A stretch of DNA of 64,000 nt from an uncultured bacterium (GTDB lineage Bacteria; Abyssobacteria; SURF-5): positions 85,539-149,538 of the forward strand of contig CAZSKP010000007.1 of the NCBI GenBank assembly GCA_964607485.1, written 5' to 3'. The first letter of the stretch is position 1. Each line of letters starts with the position of its first letter. Below are positions 30,648 to 39,457 of this stretch, one piece after another. Below the pieces are notes generated by a model, which searched no databases, had not been told where the DNA came from, and was given only the letters and a program-made list of their open reading frames with translations. A program made the translations under genes and the position numbers.

Positions 30648-30692
30648 GGTCCGTGAGAGTGTCATCGTGCTCTCGCGGGCCTTTTTGTTTTC
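30648..30692 (+). terminator. terminator-like hairpin in the csp 5' leader
   Basis: GGTCCGTGAGAG / CTCTCGCGGGCC stem followed by TTTTTGTTTT. Confidence 0.55.
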
Positions 30693-30735
30693 TATGAATG
30701 TAGAGCTCAGTTTTGAGGCAAGGAAGGTGAACGAT

Positions 30736-30936
30736 TTGCCAGAAGGAACCGTGAAGTGGTTTAACGACCAGAAGGGTTATGGCTTCATAGCCCAGGACAA
30801 TGGACCTGATGTGTTTGTACATCATGAGTCGATCAGCGGAACAGGGTTCAAGACCCTTTCCGAGAACGAACTCGTCCGCTTCGAGACATTCGAGGGTCCG
30901 AAAGGACTGAAGGCGGACAACGTCGAGAAGCTGTAA
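30736..30936 (+). CDS. cspA: cold-shock protein (CspA family)
   Basis: GTVKWFNDQKGYGFI, DVFVH, GFKTL, GPKG; TTG start after AGGAAGG; paralog letter uncertain. Confidence 0.92.
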   Translation: MPEGTVKWFNDQKGYGFIAQDNGPDVFVHHESISGTGFKTLSENELVRFETFEGPKGLKADNVEKL

Positions 30937-30961
30937 GGTTCTCACGACCATGCTCGCACAG

Positions 30962-30995
30962 GCCTCGCATCTGCTCACACGATGCGGGGTTTTCT
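30962..30995 (+). terminator. intrinsic terminator after csp
   Basis: CCTCGCATC/GATGCGGGG stem plus T-tract. Confidence 0.65.
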
Positions 30996-31550
30996 GCTTG
31001 ATGCACTGGATAGAAAATCCCGTAACTATTGGAGGCTTCATTCCGATTTGTTCTTGCATAAGCTACTTGATTGTCTACCAACCTGGCCTGTCTTTCAAAG
31101 AGGGGAATAGAACAGCCAGTGAGGGCTTGGCCTCGGAAGCCCAAGCGTTGTACACTTTGGCACCGCGCAATTCTCGCCCAATTATTCAGCTAGGAAGAGT
31201 TCACATCAATTTGGCCTCTGGTGACCCAAAGGTAGAGAGGCGGACTGGTTTCCCCGGGCAACGAGGCTATCAGAAACTAGTAAAGGCTTTGTTTGAGAAC
31301 TTCGTATTCTGCATATGGGCAGAGTGCAGGTTTCGCCCAACTTCGCCTCGCTGTGACAAGTTGGAGAAAGTGTAGGATATCATCACGTATATACACTCTC
31401 TGCTAGACTGGAGTGTTGTGGCGAGGATTTGGTGAACCCTGTAGGGCGTAGCCCGGAAGGGTTTGTTATGAACTGCCAGAGGTCTTCTGGCTATGAGTAG
31501 AGTGGGGCTTACACAGGGCAAGGAAATCAGCTGATATGGGGAAAATGGAC

Positions 31551-31572
31551 TGTGGCCCAAACTGTGGCCCAT
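31551..31572 (+). repeat. arm-type repeat, copy 2
   Basis: TGTGGCCCAAACTGTGGCCCAT, about 115 bp before the tRNA fragment. Confidence 0.65.
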
Positions 31573-31685
31573 ACCCCTGTATTTTTGGCGTTTTTCTGCA
31601 ACCGAGTGCAATTCTTCTGATTTTGCAACTTAAAAACTTGCAATTACTTGCGAAATGGTACGATTTGCTGCAGAAGATCCTGGAA

Positions 31686-31711
31686 TGCCTTACAAGCAGG
31701 AGGTCACTGGT
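31686..31711 (+). mobile_element. tRNA-Val fragment (anticodon arm to T stem), attR-like
   Basis: TGCCTTACAAGCAGGAGGTCACTGGT, 24/26 identical to the tRNA. Confidence 0.85.
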
Positions 31712-32131
31712 GTTGAGTTTCAGCGCATTTGGGAGAGATGGTCAGAAGGGAAGTGGAGGGCGGCGGCAAAAGAGTCCAGCCTGCGCAGGTTTCCCGGGGA
31801 CTGGGTCATCGAGTTTGTTGAGGGGGGAGAGGACTATCTCTTCGGCTATGACATGCGAGAATGCGGTATTCATAAGTTCTGGCGTTCCAAGGGGCTTGAA
31901 GAATTTGTTCCCTATCTGTGTCTTACCGATTGGGCGAAGTGGAAATCGATTGGAGTAGCTGTCGAAAGAAGTCAGACCATCGCCAATGGGCACGAAGTAT
32001 GCGATTTCAGGTACTGCAGAGCGAAGAAAGCATGCCCGTCAGGATGGCCTCCGGAATCAAACCCCGAGTGGACCGGCAAATTCGAGAGAACCAATGGGGA
32101 CAGAATCGACAAGAAAACGGGTCCAGAGTGA
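31712..32131 (+). pseudogene. C-terminal fragment of an L-2-amino-thiazoline-4-carboxylate hydrolase-like (V4R-like) protein
   Basis: YDMRECGIHKFW, YLCLTD, RSQTIANGHEVCDFRY; N-terminus replaced by tRNA/att sequence. Confidence 0.7.
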
Positions 32132-32137
32132 TTCGTT

Positions 32138-32238
32138 CAAGCCTTGATTTTTCGCGTTCCCCGAAAGTGTAACCTCCACCCATCCAATCGTTCAAATATC
32201 GCTTCTGGCGAGTAAAGATAATGTTTTCTATTCTTCAC
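32138..32238 (-). repeat. ~100-bp module-boundary repeat, copy H
   Basis: Reverse complement: GTGAAGAATAGAAAAC...GAAGCGATATTTGAACGATTGGATGGGTGGAGGTTACACTTTC...AAAAATCAAGG. Confidence 0.88.
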
Positions 32239-32432
32239 TGATTTTGGCTTTCCAAAGACCTGATTCTCCGTCTCTATGTCCTTCCCGGTCGAACAAGTGA
32301 AGAAGCGCAGGGTGGAGTGCGCTTAGGCGCCGCTTCCCGGGACGCGGCAGCCGTCGGAACATGTGCCGCATCACCGATTTCTTTCGGTCCATGTCCACAG
32401 GAACGATGCATGGATTAGAACCGGAACCGTGT

Positions 32433-33446
32433 TCATGGTTTATGGCCAGTGACACGCTGGAGGATGTTGTGAACGAACTCTACAGCCTCGACCCGGGCGA
32501 AGCCGGCATCCTCCATATAGCCACAGACCTCGGCGTTGCTGTGGGCTCGTCCCTTGCTGCCCAGTAATGCTTCGTGTATCGACCACGTTGCAGCTATCAG
32601 CGGGCCGGTCTTCTGTTCGTTCAGGTTCTCCGCGATAATGTGCATCACCCCATTGGAAGGCAGCACCTGGAATGCTTTTGCAATGATATTTCGCGCCTCG
32701 TCTGGCCCGTATTGGGTAAGATTGCCGTTCAGCATCACGACATCCACACCTTCGGGAAAGGGATCGCTTGTGAAGTCCCCCGGATGCGTCTCGATGCGGT
32801 CGGACAAGCCCGCCTCCTCGACCAGTTCGTCGGTTACTCGACACACGTCGGCAAAATCGAACACGATCGCACGCAGATTAGGAAACCGGCGGCACAGTGA
32901 TACGCAATATGCGCCCGAGCCACCTCCTAGGTCGAGCACGAGGTTGTAGCTTGAGAAATCAAACCGTTTGGCGAGCTTGCTTCCTGCGCCCAGCCCGACG
33001 TTGAACATGGCACGCGTTAGCATCTCGGCCTGGTCGGTCGTCATCTTCTCGTAGATGCCGAGGACCGACGGCGGACTTGGATCGGTGAGCCGGTCGGCAA
33101 GATTGATCCACTGGGCGAAATCTCCCTTGCCCATGAGTGACCAAGCACCGAAGTAGCGCGGTTTGCCTTCCACAAGATAAATTTCGACGTCCGGGGCGTT
33201 GACGTAACGGTTGTCTCGTTTCTCAAGCAGGCCGAGCGCCGCACACGCAATGACAAGTCGCTCGGCGTTCAGGGGCGAGAGCCCGCACGCTAAGGCAATC
33301 TCCTCAGGGGTTGTGGCACCTTCGGAAACCTTTGTAAAGAGGCTCAGCTCGATGGCCGCCATCAATATACCCGAGTGCTTGAATCCGAAGCCGATGTTCT
33401 GAATTCTCTCGGTCCCGAGGCGAGGGCTGTCAGGCGAAGATGTCAT
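32433..33446 (-). CDS. SAM-dependent O-methyltransferase (Methyltransf_2 with dimerisation domain)
   Basis: AAIELSLF, LDLGGGSG, HPGDF, GVDVVML. Confidence 0.88.
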   Translation of the reverse strand: MTSSPDSPRLGTERIQNIGFGFKHSGILMAAIELSLFTKVSEGATTPEEIALACGLSPLNAERLVIACAALGLLEKRDNRYVNAPDVEIYLVEGKPRYFGAWSLMGKGDFAQWINLADRLTDPSPPSVLGIYEKMTTDQAEMLTRAMFNVGLGAGSKLAKRFDFSSYNLVLDLGGGSGAYCVSLCRRFPNLRAIVFDFADVCRVTDELVEEAGLSDRIETHPGDFTSDPFPEGVDVVMLNGNLTQYGPDEARNIIAKAFQVLPSNGVMHIIAENLNEQKTGPLIAATWSIHEALLGSKGRAHSNAEVCGYMEDAGFARVEAVEFVHNILQRVTGHKP

Positions 33447-33675
33447 TGGCCAGTTCTCCTTTCAGCGGCCACAGATGTGGTCTTGTGTTCAATCACGATT
33501 CCGTTTCTCCGATTCTCTTAGAGGATTTCTTGACTGCTGATCCTTCCGTGCGACAAAAAATAATTCTCTGGGACTTTCGAAACCGTATGGACTTCTGTCA
33601 TAAGCCCTGAATTATTCCTCCGCTACCATTAACAGCCAAAACAGTATAACACTTCCTTCCCTGAGCATTACACTT

Positions 33676-33776
33676 GAAAGTCTCACTTTCCCGGCCGCCT
33701 GAAAGTGCGCCTTCCACCCATCCAACCGTTCAATTGTCACTCTCAAAGAGTCAACAATACGTTTTCCATTCTGCAC
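33676..33776 (-). repeat. ~100-bp module-boundary repeat, copy G
   Basis: Reverse complement: GTGCAGAATGGAAAACG...GAGAGTGACAATTGAACGGTTGGATGGGTGGAAGGCGCACTTTC...GAAAGTGAG. Confidence 0.9.
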
Positions 33777-33870
33777 CGATTCTTGTTTCCCAACTTCCGC
33801 TCATTTGCCTTTCCATCCAGGGAAATGTGACCTTGCGGAACGGGCCGGCGACTGGTACAGGACGAGAGTT

Positions 33871-34545
33871 TCAGGCGGTGTGTCTGCTGGAATACGTCAG
33901 ATAGCCGATAACCATGTTTGCGAGTTCCGTTATCAGTTCCTCTTCAGCGAACGGCGCGTTGGTCGTAATGCTGCTGTGAAGACAGGCTTCGACGGCCTCG
34001 TCTATCAGGAACGCAGCGAGCGGAATATTGCGCACCCTGATCTCGCCGCGTCGGTTCTCGATCAATCGTTTCAGCGGTTTGCGGAGCTGCGCCCGAATCT
34101 GATTTCGCACGTCCCGGAACTCGGGATCCTTCATGGCTATCTGAGCGAAGGCATGTTGCAGACCTGGATCACGCTTGTGACTCTGGAATGCCGTCCGGAC
34201 AAGCGAATGGATTCCGGCGTGGAAATCTATGCCCTGCCATTTCTGCGGATCCAGCTCCGCGTGGATTGTTTTCTCGATTTCCAGTGAATAATCATGGTAG
34301 ATTTCCAGGAATACGCTGCGCTTATCGAGGAAATACTTGTAGAACGTCCCCACGGATACACCGGCACGTTTCGCGATATGATTGGTCGTTGTTCTCTCGT
34401 ACCCCTTTTCGGAGAACAAGCGGGTTGCGGCTCGGACGAGTCGCTGGCGCGTGCGCCGGCTACGTTTCTGTTTTGGAACGTCTTTGGCTGACTGGGCAAT
34501 ATCCGTGTTCATGACAGCGGTGGTGCTCCTTTCATTACGGCTCAT
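33871..34545 (-). CDS. TetR/AcrR family transcriptional regulator
   Basis: LVRAATRLFSEKGYERTTTNHIAKRAGVSVGTFYKYFLDK. Confidence 0.92.
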   Translation of the reverse strand: MSRNERSTTAVMNTDIAQSAKDVPKQKRSRRTRQRLVRAATRLFSEKGYERTTTNHIAKRAGVSVGTFYKYFLDKRSVFLEIYHDYSLEIEKTIHAELDPQKWQGIDFHAGIHSLVRTAFQSHKRDPGLQHAFAQIAMKDPEFRDVRNQIRAQLRKPLKRLIENRRGEIRVRNIPLAAFLIDEAVEACLHSSITTNAPFAEEELITELANMVIGYLTYSSRHTA

Positions 34546-34620
34546 TCATCTTGCTATTCGACCCGACAAACAATCTGGATAAAATACCTATTTTCTTGTC
34601 CGACTTATAAAAGCCTAGCT

Positions 34621-34709
34621 ATTATAATATCAAGAGCTTATCTATGTCAATAAAAAAATAAACATGAAATCACATTTTTATTGACAAAGCCGGCTGTTTC
34701 GGCTATAAT
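34621..34709. promoter_or_regulatory. divergent sigma70 promoters with a 12-bp inverted repeat
   Basis: Plus: TTGACA-17-TATAAT (34681-34709); minus: TTGACA-18-TATAAT (34650-34621); TGTCAATAAAAA/TTTTTATTGACA. Confidence 0.75.
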
Positions 34710-34855
34710 ATGCTGAACATGGCCTCTTGGATTGTTCATGACCGGGAATTCTTCATCTGTGCCGGAATAAACCCAATGGACAAGCCGCGCACAAAAGAAG
34801 CATCCCCACCAACCGGTCTCAAAATAGCGGATGCAACGCGAATTGGGAGGGTACG

Positions 34856-35392
34856 ATGACCGACACTAATAGCGGCATCACGATGGATGACCTCATGGCA
34901 TTTGCCCGGCAAAGCGAGGAGATCGGCAGCGCGTACAAGGTGCCGGGCGAGCAGCATCTCATGCATCTCCTCGGCGCGATCGCCCGGCAGGGAGAATCCG
35001 AGTTCGGCGAGAAAGGGCTGGAGATGATCGGCCGAGCGGTCGACCGATTCGGTGAAGAACGGGGTCAATGCGTTGCCCACACAGTGAAAGAGAAGGGGAA
35101 GCCGCTGACACTGATGAATTTCTTCCTCTACAGCGATATGGATACCAGCGGCAACGAAATGGTGCCGAAGCATGTCGGCGGCGAACTGCACATCCGCGTT
35201 CACAAATGCATTTTTGCCGACCGGCTCAAGGATTTCGGGCTGGAACAATACGGGATACATTACTGCAAATACATCGACATCGCCACGTTGAGGGGATACA
35301 ACCCCAAGCTTCAGCTCGAAATAAAATCGCAGCTTACGGGCGGCGCCGACTGCTGCCATTTCATTTACCGGCAACCCGAAGGGGCGGCGTAG
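34856..35392 (+). CDS. L-2-amino-thiazoline-4-carboxylate hydrolase-like (V4R-like) protein
   Basis: FGEKG...RFGEERG, HKCIFA, YCKYIDIA, GYNP, LTGGADCCHF. Confidence 0.75.
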   Translation: MTDTNSGITMDDLMAFARQSEEIGSAYKVPGEQHLMHLLGAIARQGESEFGEKGLEMIGRAVDRFGEERGQCVAHTVKEKGKPLTLMNFFLYSDMDTSGNEMVPKHVGGELHIRVHKCIFADRLKDFGLEQYGIHYCKYIDIATLRGYNPKLQLEIKSQLTGGADCCHFIYRQPEGAA

Positions 35393-35453
35393 CCGGCTAT
35401 CGGAACACTGGACGCAGTGTTCATGAACGCACAATGATTTGGGGAGTGATCTC

Positions 35454-37229
35454 ATGTCGCAACAACGGATTGAAACCGATGTGCTGGTTGTCGGCGGCGG
35501 CGGCGCGGGCTTCAGGGCGGCCATAGGCGTCACGGAGACAGGCGCGAAAGCCACGCTTCTGAGCAAAGGGCCGCTAGCACGCTGCGGGGCCACGCCCATG
35601 GCGGGCGCCGACTTCACGCTTGATGGGCATAGCCTGAGTGAAATGGGATTCGACGGTGAGCCCAAGGATAGCATGGAGATATTCTTCAGCGATATCGTGC
35701 ACCAGGGGTATTTCCTGAATAATCAGAAACTCCTCGAGCAGTACGTCCGCTCCGCGCCCGCGCGGCTGAAGGAACTACTGGATTGGGGCATCGAAGTCAA
35801 AGGATCGGAAGAACGCGCCATCTTCACGAGCGGCACAGGAATCATGGACGCGCTGCTTCGCAAGGCCAGGGAAGTGGGCGTTGACATGATCGAGGATGTC
35901 ATGCTCGTTGATCTCGTCGTGCAGGATGGGAAAATCGCAGGCGCTCTGGCTCTTGACATCAAGACCGGCGACTTCATCAATATTCAGACCAACGCCGTCA
36001 TCATGGCGACAGGCGGTTGGCATAAGGCGTTCTGGCCGAACACGGGGATGCGCGACCTCTCAGGTGAGGGAATTGCCATCGCCCACCGCGCTGGTGCCGA
36101 CATTGGAAACATGGAGTTCATCACATTTTGCTGCAATGTGCTCCTGGATCCGCCAATATGGCGGGGAAGCATCGCGGTCTATATCCTCCACTCGGTCCTC
36201 GGCGGTCTTCTCACCAACGCAGCCGGCGAAACCTTTCTGGACAACTACGATCCCTACGTCGTGCAGAAGGGCACCACGATGGAGTGGAACAAGAGCTTCT
36301 TGTCCTTTGCAACCATGAAGGAAGTGCGGGAGGGCAAAGGCTTATCCCACGGAGGCATCCACTTCAGCCGGGGAGAAGTGCCGTGGGAACCGTTTGAAGC
36401 CATAGCTGGCTTCCTCTTCCCGAACTGGAAGTACAAAGGGCTGGATTTGACCGAACTCGGCCGCAAGATCAAAGATGGTGAAAGCGTTGAAGTCGGCTCC
36501 GCCGTTGAATACTTTGATGGTGGCATCGTTGTCGACGAGCGATTCGAAACAAGCGTTCCGGGTTTGTATGCGGCTGGCGAATGCACTCTCGGCCCTTTTG
36601 GCTCGAACCGCGTGGCTGCGGCCATCACCGAAATGCTTGTGCACGGGGCGGATGCCGGGCAAAACGCCGGCGAACATGCGAAAACGGTCGACATTCCCCC
36701 GCCGGATGAACACGCCTTGAGCGAAAAGCAAGAAAAGGCGATGCTTCCGCTGACGCGAAAAAGCGGTTCCAGGCCGGCGCCTGTGAGGAGACATGTTCAG
36801 GAAATGGCACACAAATACCTCGGCCCCATCCGCAACAGGCAGGAGCTTCAGACCTTCATCAATTTTTTGGAAAATGTCAAACGCGAAGAGTTACCGACCC
36901 TGGCGCCGTCCTCCAAGAGCCGGATTTACAACAAGGAATGGATCGACGCGCTGGAACTCGAGCATATGGTTCACCTGGTCGAGGCCTCAGCGAGGAGCGC
37001 GCTCGCGCGCACCGAGAGCCGGGGCGTTCATTACCGGGAAGATTTCTCATCTACGGATAATGACAACTGGCTCCATGAGAGCATAGTGAAATTGACTGAC
37101 GGCGGCATGGAAATTGCCATGCGTCCGGTCACACTCACAAAAATAGCGCCGCCTGCGGGCACGGTGCCGTACCTGGATATGATGAAGAGTATGATGGAAG
37201 CCCACTCTGAGGTCGGGGGCCATCATTGA
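35454..37229 (+). CDS. SdhA/FrdA/NadB-family FAD-dependent oxidoreductase
   Basis: DVLVVGGGGAG, MATGG, GADIGNMEF, GGIVVD, GLYAAGE, GSNR, RTESRGVHYREDF; no covalent-FAD His (RCGATPMAGA). Confidence 0.85.
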   Translation: MSQQRIETDVLVVGGGGAGFRAAIGVTETGAKATLLSKGPLARCGATPMAGADFTLDGHSLSEMGFDGEPKDSMEIFFSDIVHQGYFLNNQKLLEQYVRSAPARLKELLDWGIEVKGSEERAIFTSGTGIMDALLRKAREVGVDMIEDVMLVDLVVQDGKIAGALALDIKTGDFINIQTNAVIMATGGWHKAFWPNTGMRDLSGEGIAIAHRAGADIGNMEFITFCCNVLLDPPIWRGSIAVYILHSVLGGLLTNAAGETFLDNYDPYVVQKGTTMEWNKSFLSFATMKEVREGKGLSHGGIHFSRGEVPWEPFEAIAGFLFPNWKYKGLDLTELGRKIKDGESVEVGSAVEYFDGGIVVDERFETSVPGLYAAGECTLGPFGSNRVAAAITEMLVHGADAGQNAGEHAKTVDIPPPDEHALSEKQEKAMLPLTRKSGSRPAPVRRHVQEMAHKYLGPIRNRQELQTFINFLENVKREELPTLAPSSKSRIYNKEWIDALELEHMVHLVEASARSALARTESRGVHYREDFSSTDNDNWLHESIVKLTDGGMEIAMRPVTLTKIAPPAGTVPYLDMMKSMMEAHSEVGGHH

Positions 37230-37277
37230 GGTATATGCCTGTCGCGCGGCAGTGAGGATTTCGGAAAGGTATTCGCC

Positions 37278-37613
37278 ATGGCCGAAAGAAAGATAACCGT
37301 GAAAGTGTTCAGATTCGACCCATCCGTCGATGACAAACCGCATTATCAGAGCTACGAAGTACCGTTCAGTCAGGGAATGAGCGCCATGGACGCACTCGAC
37401 TACATTCATCAAGAGCTGGACGGTACGCTCGCCTACTATGATCATGCGGGATGCTCTCTCGGAATCTGTGCGCGATGCACGGGCAGGATCAACGGAAAAG
37501 CCGGACTGCTGTGTCAGACCCTGATTGAGGGAGATGTATGCCTGGAGCCTACCACAGCCGACAGGGTGATAAGAGATTTAGTGATAGCGAGAAAGAGTAA
37601 GGAAGCTCATTAA
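37278..37613 (+). CDS. 2Fe-2S protein (SdhB/FrdB N-terminal domain only)
   Basis: FRFDP, MDALDYI, GCSLGICARC...NG...LC, LEP...VIRDL. Confidence 0.85.
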   Translation: MAERKITVKVFRFDPSVDDKPHYQSYEVPFSQGMSAMDALDYIHQELDGTLAYYDHAGCSLGICARCTGRINGKAGLLCQTLIEGDVCLEPTTADRVIRDLVIARKSKEAH

Positions 37614-37653
37614 GATCCCGTCAATTTCCGAAGGAGCGCACAGGAGGAAATCC

Positions 37654-37995
37654 ATGAAAATCTGCAGTTTCAAAAATGTGGAGTTTAAGGAGGTAGCCGA
37701 ATAGGGCGCGAAGGGCGTGTCGGTTCGATGGGTTATCTCCGACGAGGACGGCGCGAAGAATTTTTTCATGAGGGTATTCGACGTCCAGCCGGGAGACCAC
37801 GCGCCGTACCACGAGCACTCATGGGAGCGTGAAGTGTTTATTCTCGAGGGACAGGCGGAGATAGCCACAGAAAGTGGAAAAAAGTGTGCTCCGGCGGGCA
37901 GCATCGTTTTCGTTCTGCCGGGAGAGAAGCACCAGTTCAGGAATGAGACCGATAAGATCATGCGGTTCATCTGCCTGATTCCAAAGGTCGATTAG
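37654..37995 (+). pseudogene. cupin-domain protein with in-frame TAG at 37702-37704
   Basis: AGGAGG RBS, MKICSFKNVEFKEVAE*GAKGVSVRWVISDEDGAKNFFMRVF...HEHSWEREV...HQFRN. Confidence 0.75.
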
Positions 37996-38089
37996 CGGCA
38001 ACAGTTCACAATTCTTCCAGACACCCTGATACATCTGAACGGAATGTGGCTCCAAATATTGAATTGCAGACCCATGTGAGGAGAAAAAG

Positions 38090-38791
38090 ATGCACAAGAA
38101 AATCGGTATTCTGGGCGGCTTGAGTCCGGAATCGACGGTAACCTATTACGAGTACATCACCCGCACGTATACTGAACGATATGGAGATTACGGCTATCCC
38201 GAAGTAGTGATCTACAGCGTATGCTTCCAGAACTATATCGACTGGGGCGAATCGGGTCGATGGGACAAGATTGCGCAGGACATGATAGCTGCAGCACGAG
38301 CGCTCGAGCGCGCAGGCGCCGACTTCGCAATCATCGCAACGAACACCATGCACATCGTATTCGATGAGGTCCAGACCGCGGTTCAGATCCCGTTCCTCCA
38401 TCTTATCGATGCGACCGCCGAGGCAATACAGGCGGAAGGCTTCTCAAACGTCGGGCTCCTGGGAACGAAATTCACGATGGGCGAACCATTCTACAGAGAC
38501 CGACTCGCCGCCAACGGAATCACTGCGATCCTACCCGATGAAGCCGGTTGTGAGGATGTGGATCGAACGATATACCAGGAACTGGTTCGGGGGCGCGTCG
38601 TCGAGTCCTCACGAAAGCGGTTCACAGAGATTATTGACGGGCTGCGACAAGACGGCGCCGAGGGCGTCATTCTCGGATGCACGGAAATACCCCTGCTTAT
38701 TTCCGACGATGATTCCTCACTGCCGTTGTTCAATACAACGACCATTCACGCCGAAAAAGCCCTCCAGTACGCCATCTCCGGAAATGCGTAG
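38090..38791 (+). CDS. aspartate/glutamate racemase family protein
   Basis: IGILGGLSPEST, IATNTMH, LLGTKFTM, ILGCTEIPL. Confidence 0.9.
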   Translation: MHKKIGILGGLSPESTVTYYEYITRTYTERYGDYGYPEVVIYSVCFQNYIDWGESGRWDKIAQDMIAAARALERAGADFAIIATNTMHIVFDEVQTAVQIPFLHLIDATAEAIQAEGFSNVGLLGTKFTMGEPFYRDRLAANGITAILPDEAGCEDVDRTIYQELVRGRVVESSRKRFTEIIDGLRQDGAEGVILGCTEIPLLISDDDSSLPLFNTTTIHAEKALQYAISGNA

Positions 38792-38810
38792 CGAAGGATA
38801 ACCGGGAAAA

Positions 38811-39186
38811 CTAATCTTCGCTTTCCGGACGATATATACGCGCGATCGGAAGAAGACTGACTGCTGGCCGGTATTCGGAGTAGTCTGGCTCTTTAGCCTT
38901 CCGTGCTTTCTCGAAGCGGGCGCGATCAAGGCGGCCGGCGATGTCGTCCACGATCGCGTATATGCTCGGAACGAGCAACAGGGTCAGGAGTGTTGCAAAG
39001 GACAGGCCCCAGACGATGACTACCGCCACAGGGGTGAGAAATGCGGTCAGCCCGAAAATGGTGGTGACGGACGTGAGAATCACGGGCCGCAGCCGCAAGC
39101 GTCCCGCTCGCAGAAGCGCTTCCCGGCGATCGAGACCTTCCTCGCTCTCTTATTGATGAAATCCATGAGAGTCAATGAATCGTTTT
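38811..39186 (-). pseudogene. C-terminal remnant of an RND (AcrB-family) permease
   Basis: NDSLTLMDFIN, frameshift, then GRLRLRPVILTSVTTIFGL...GLSFATLLTLLLVP. Confidence 0.75.
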
Positions 39187-39457
39187 CTAATCTGCACTTG
39201 GCAGCCTATCCTTTCTGGCCACTCGTCCCCTACTCTCCCCTCCTGGGCTTTTATTCTCTGACGGTACCTGTGCCGAATCTGCCGGACAGGTGTCTGAAGG
39301 ACGCCGGACTTGACGTTCCTGATTTACCATCAAAGATTTCATCAACTGTTTTGAGAAACTCCGGGCTCTATCAACCTCAACCAAGAACGCTCGGCTCCTT
39401 CTGTGCCAAACGTGCTGAACTCCAACAAGAAACATGGAGGGCTTTCCACGCAATGGT

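Larger units (their letters stand above)
21604..31711. mobile_element. genomic island segment 1 integrated at tRNA-Val (attL = tRNA, attR-like fragment 31686-31711)
   Basis: Drop in GC, tRNA fragment repeat, arm-like TGTGGCCCAAACTGTGGC at both ends; no integrase ORF seen. Confidence 0.7.

Noticed and set aside
30950-31375. 141-aa ORF after csp
   Set aside because: It runs through the terminator, has no RBS or motif, and is probably spurious or a decayed fragment.
31655-31711. ORF-track N-terminus of the ATC-hydrolase-like ORF
   Set aside because: It is translated att/tRNA sequence fused by chance to a gene fragment.
39328-39352. Possible tail remnant of the boundary repeat (TCAAAGATTTCATCAAC)
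   Set aside because: The match is too short to distinguish from chance.
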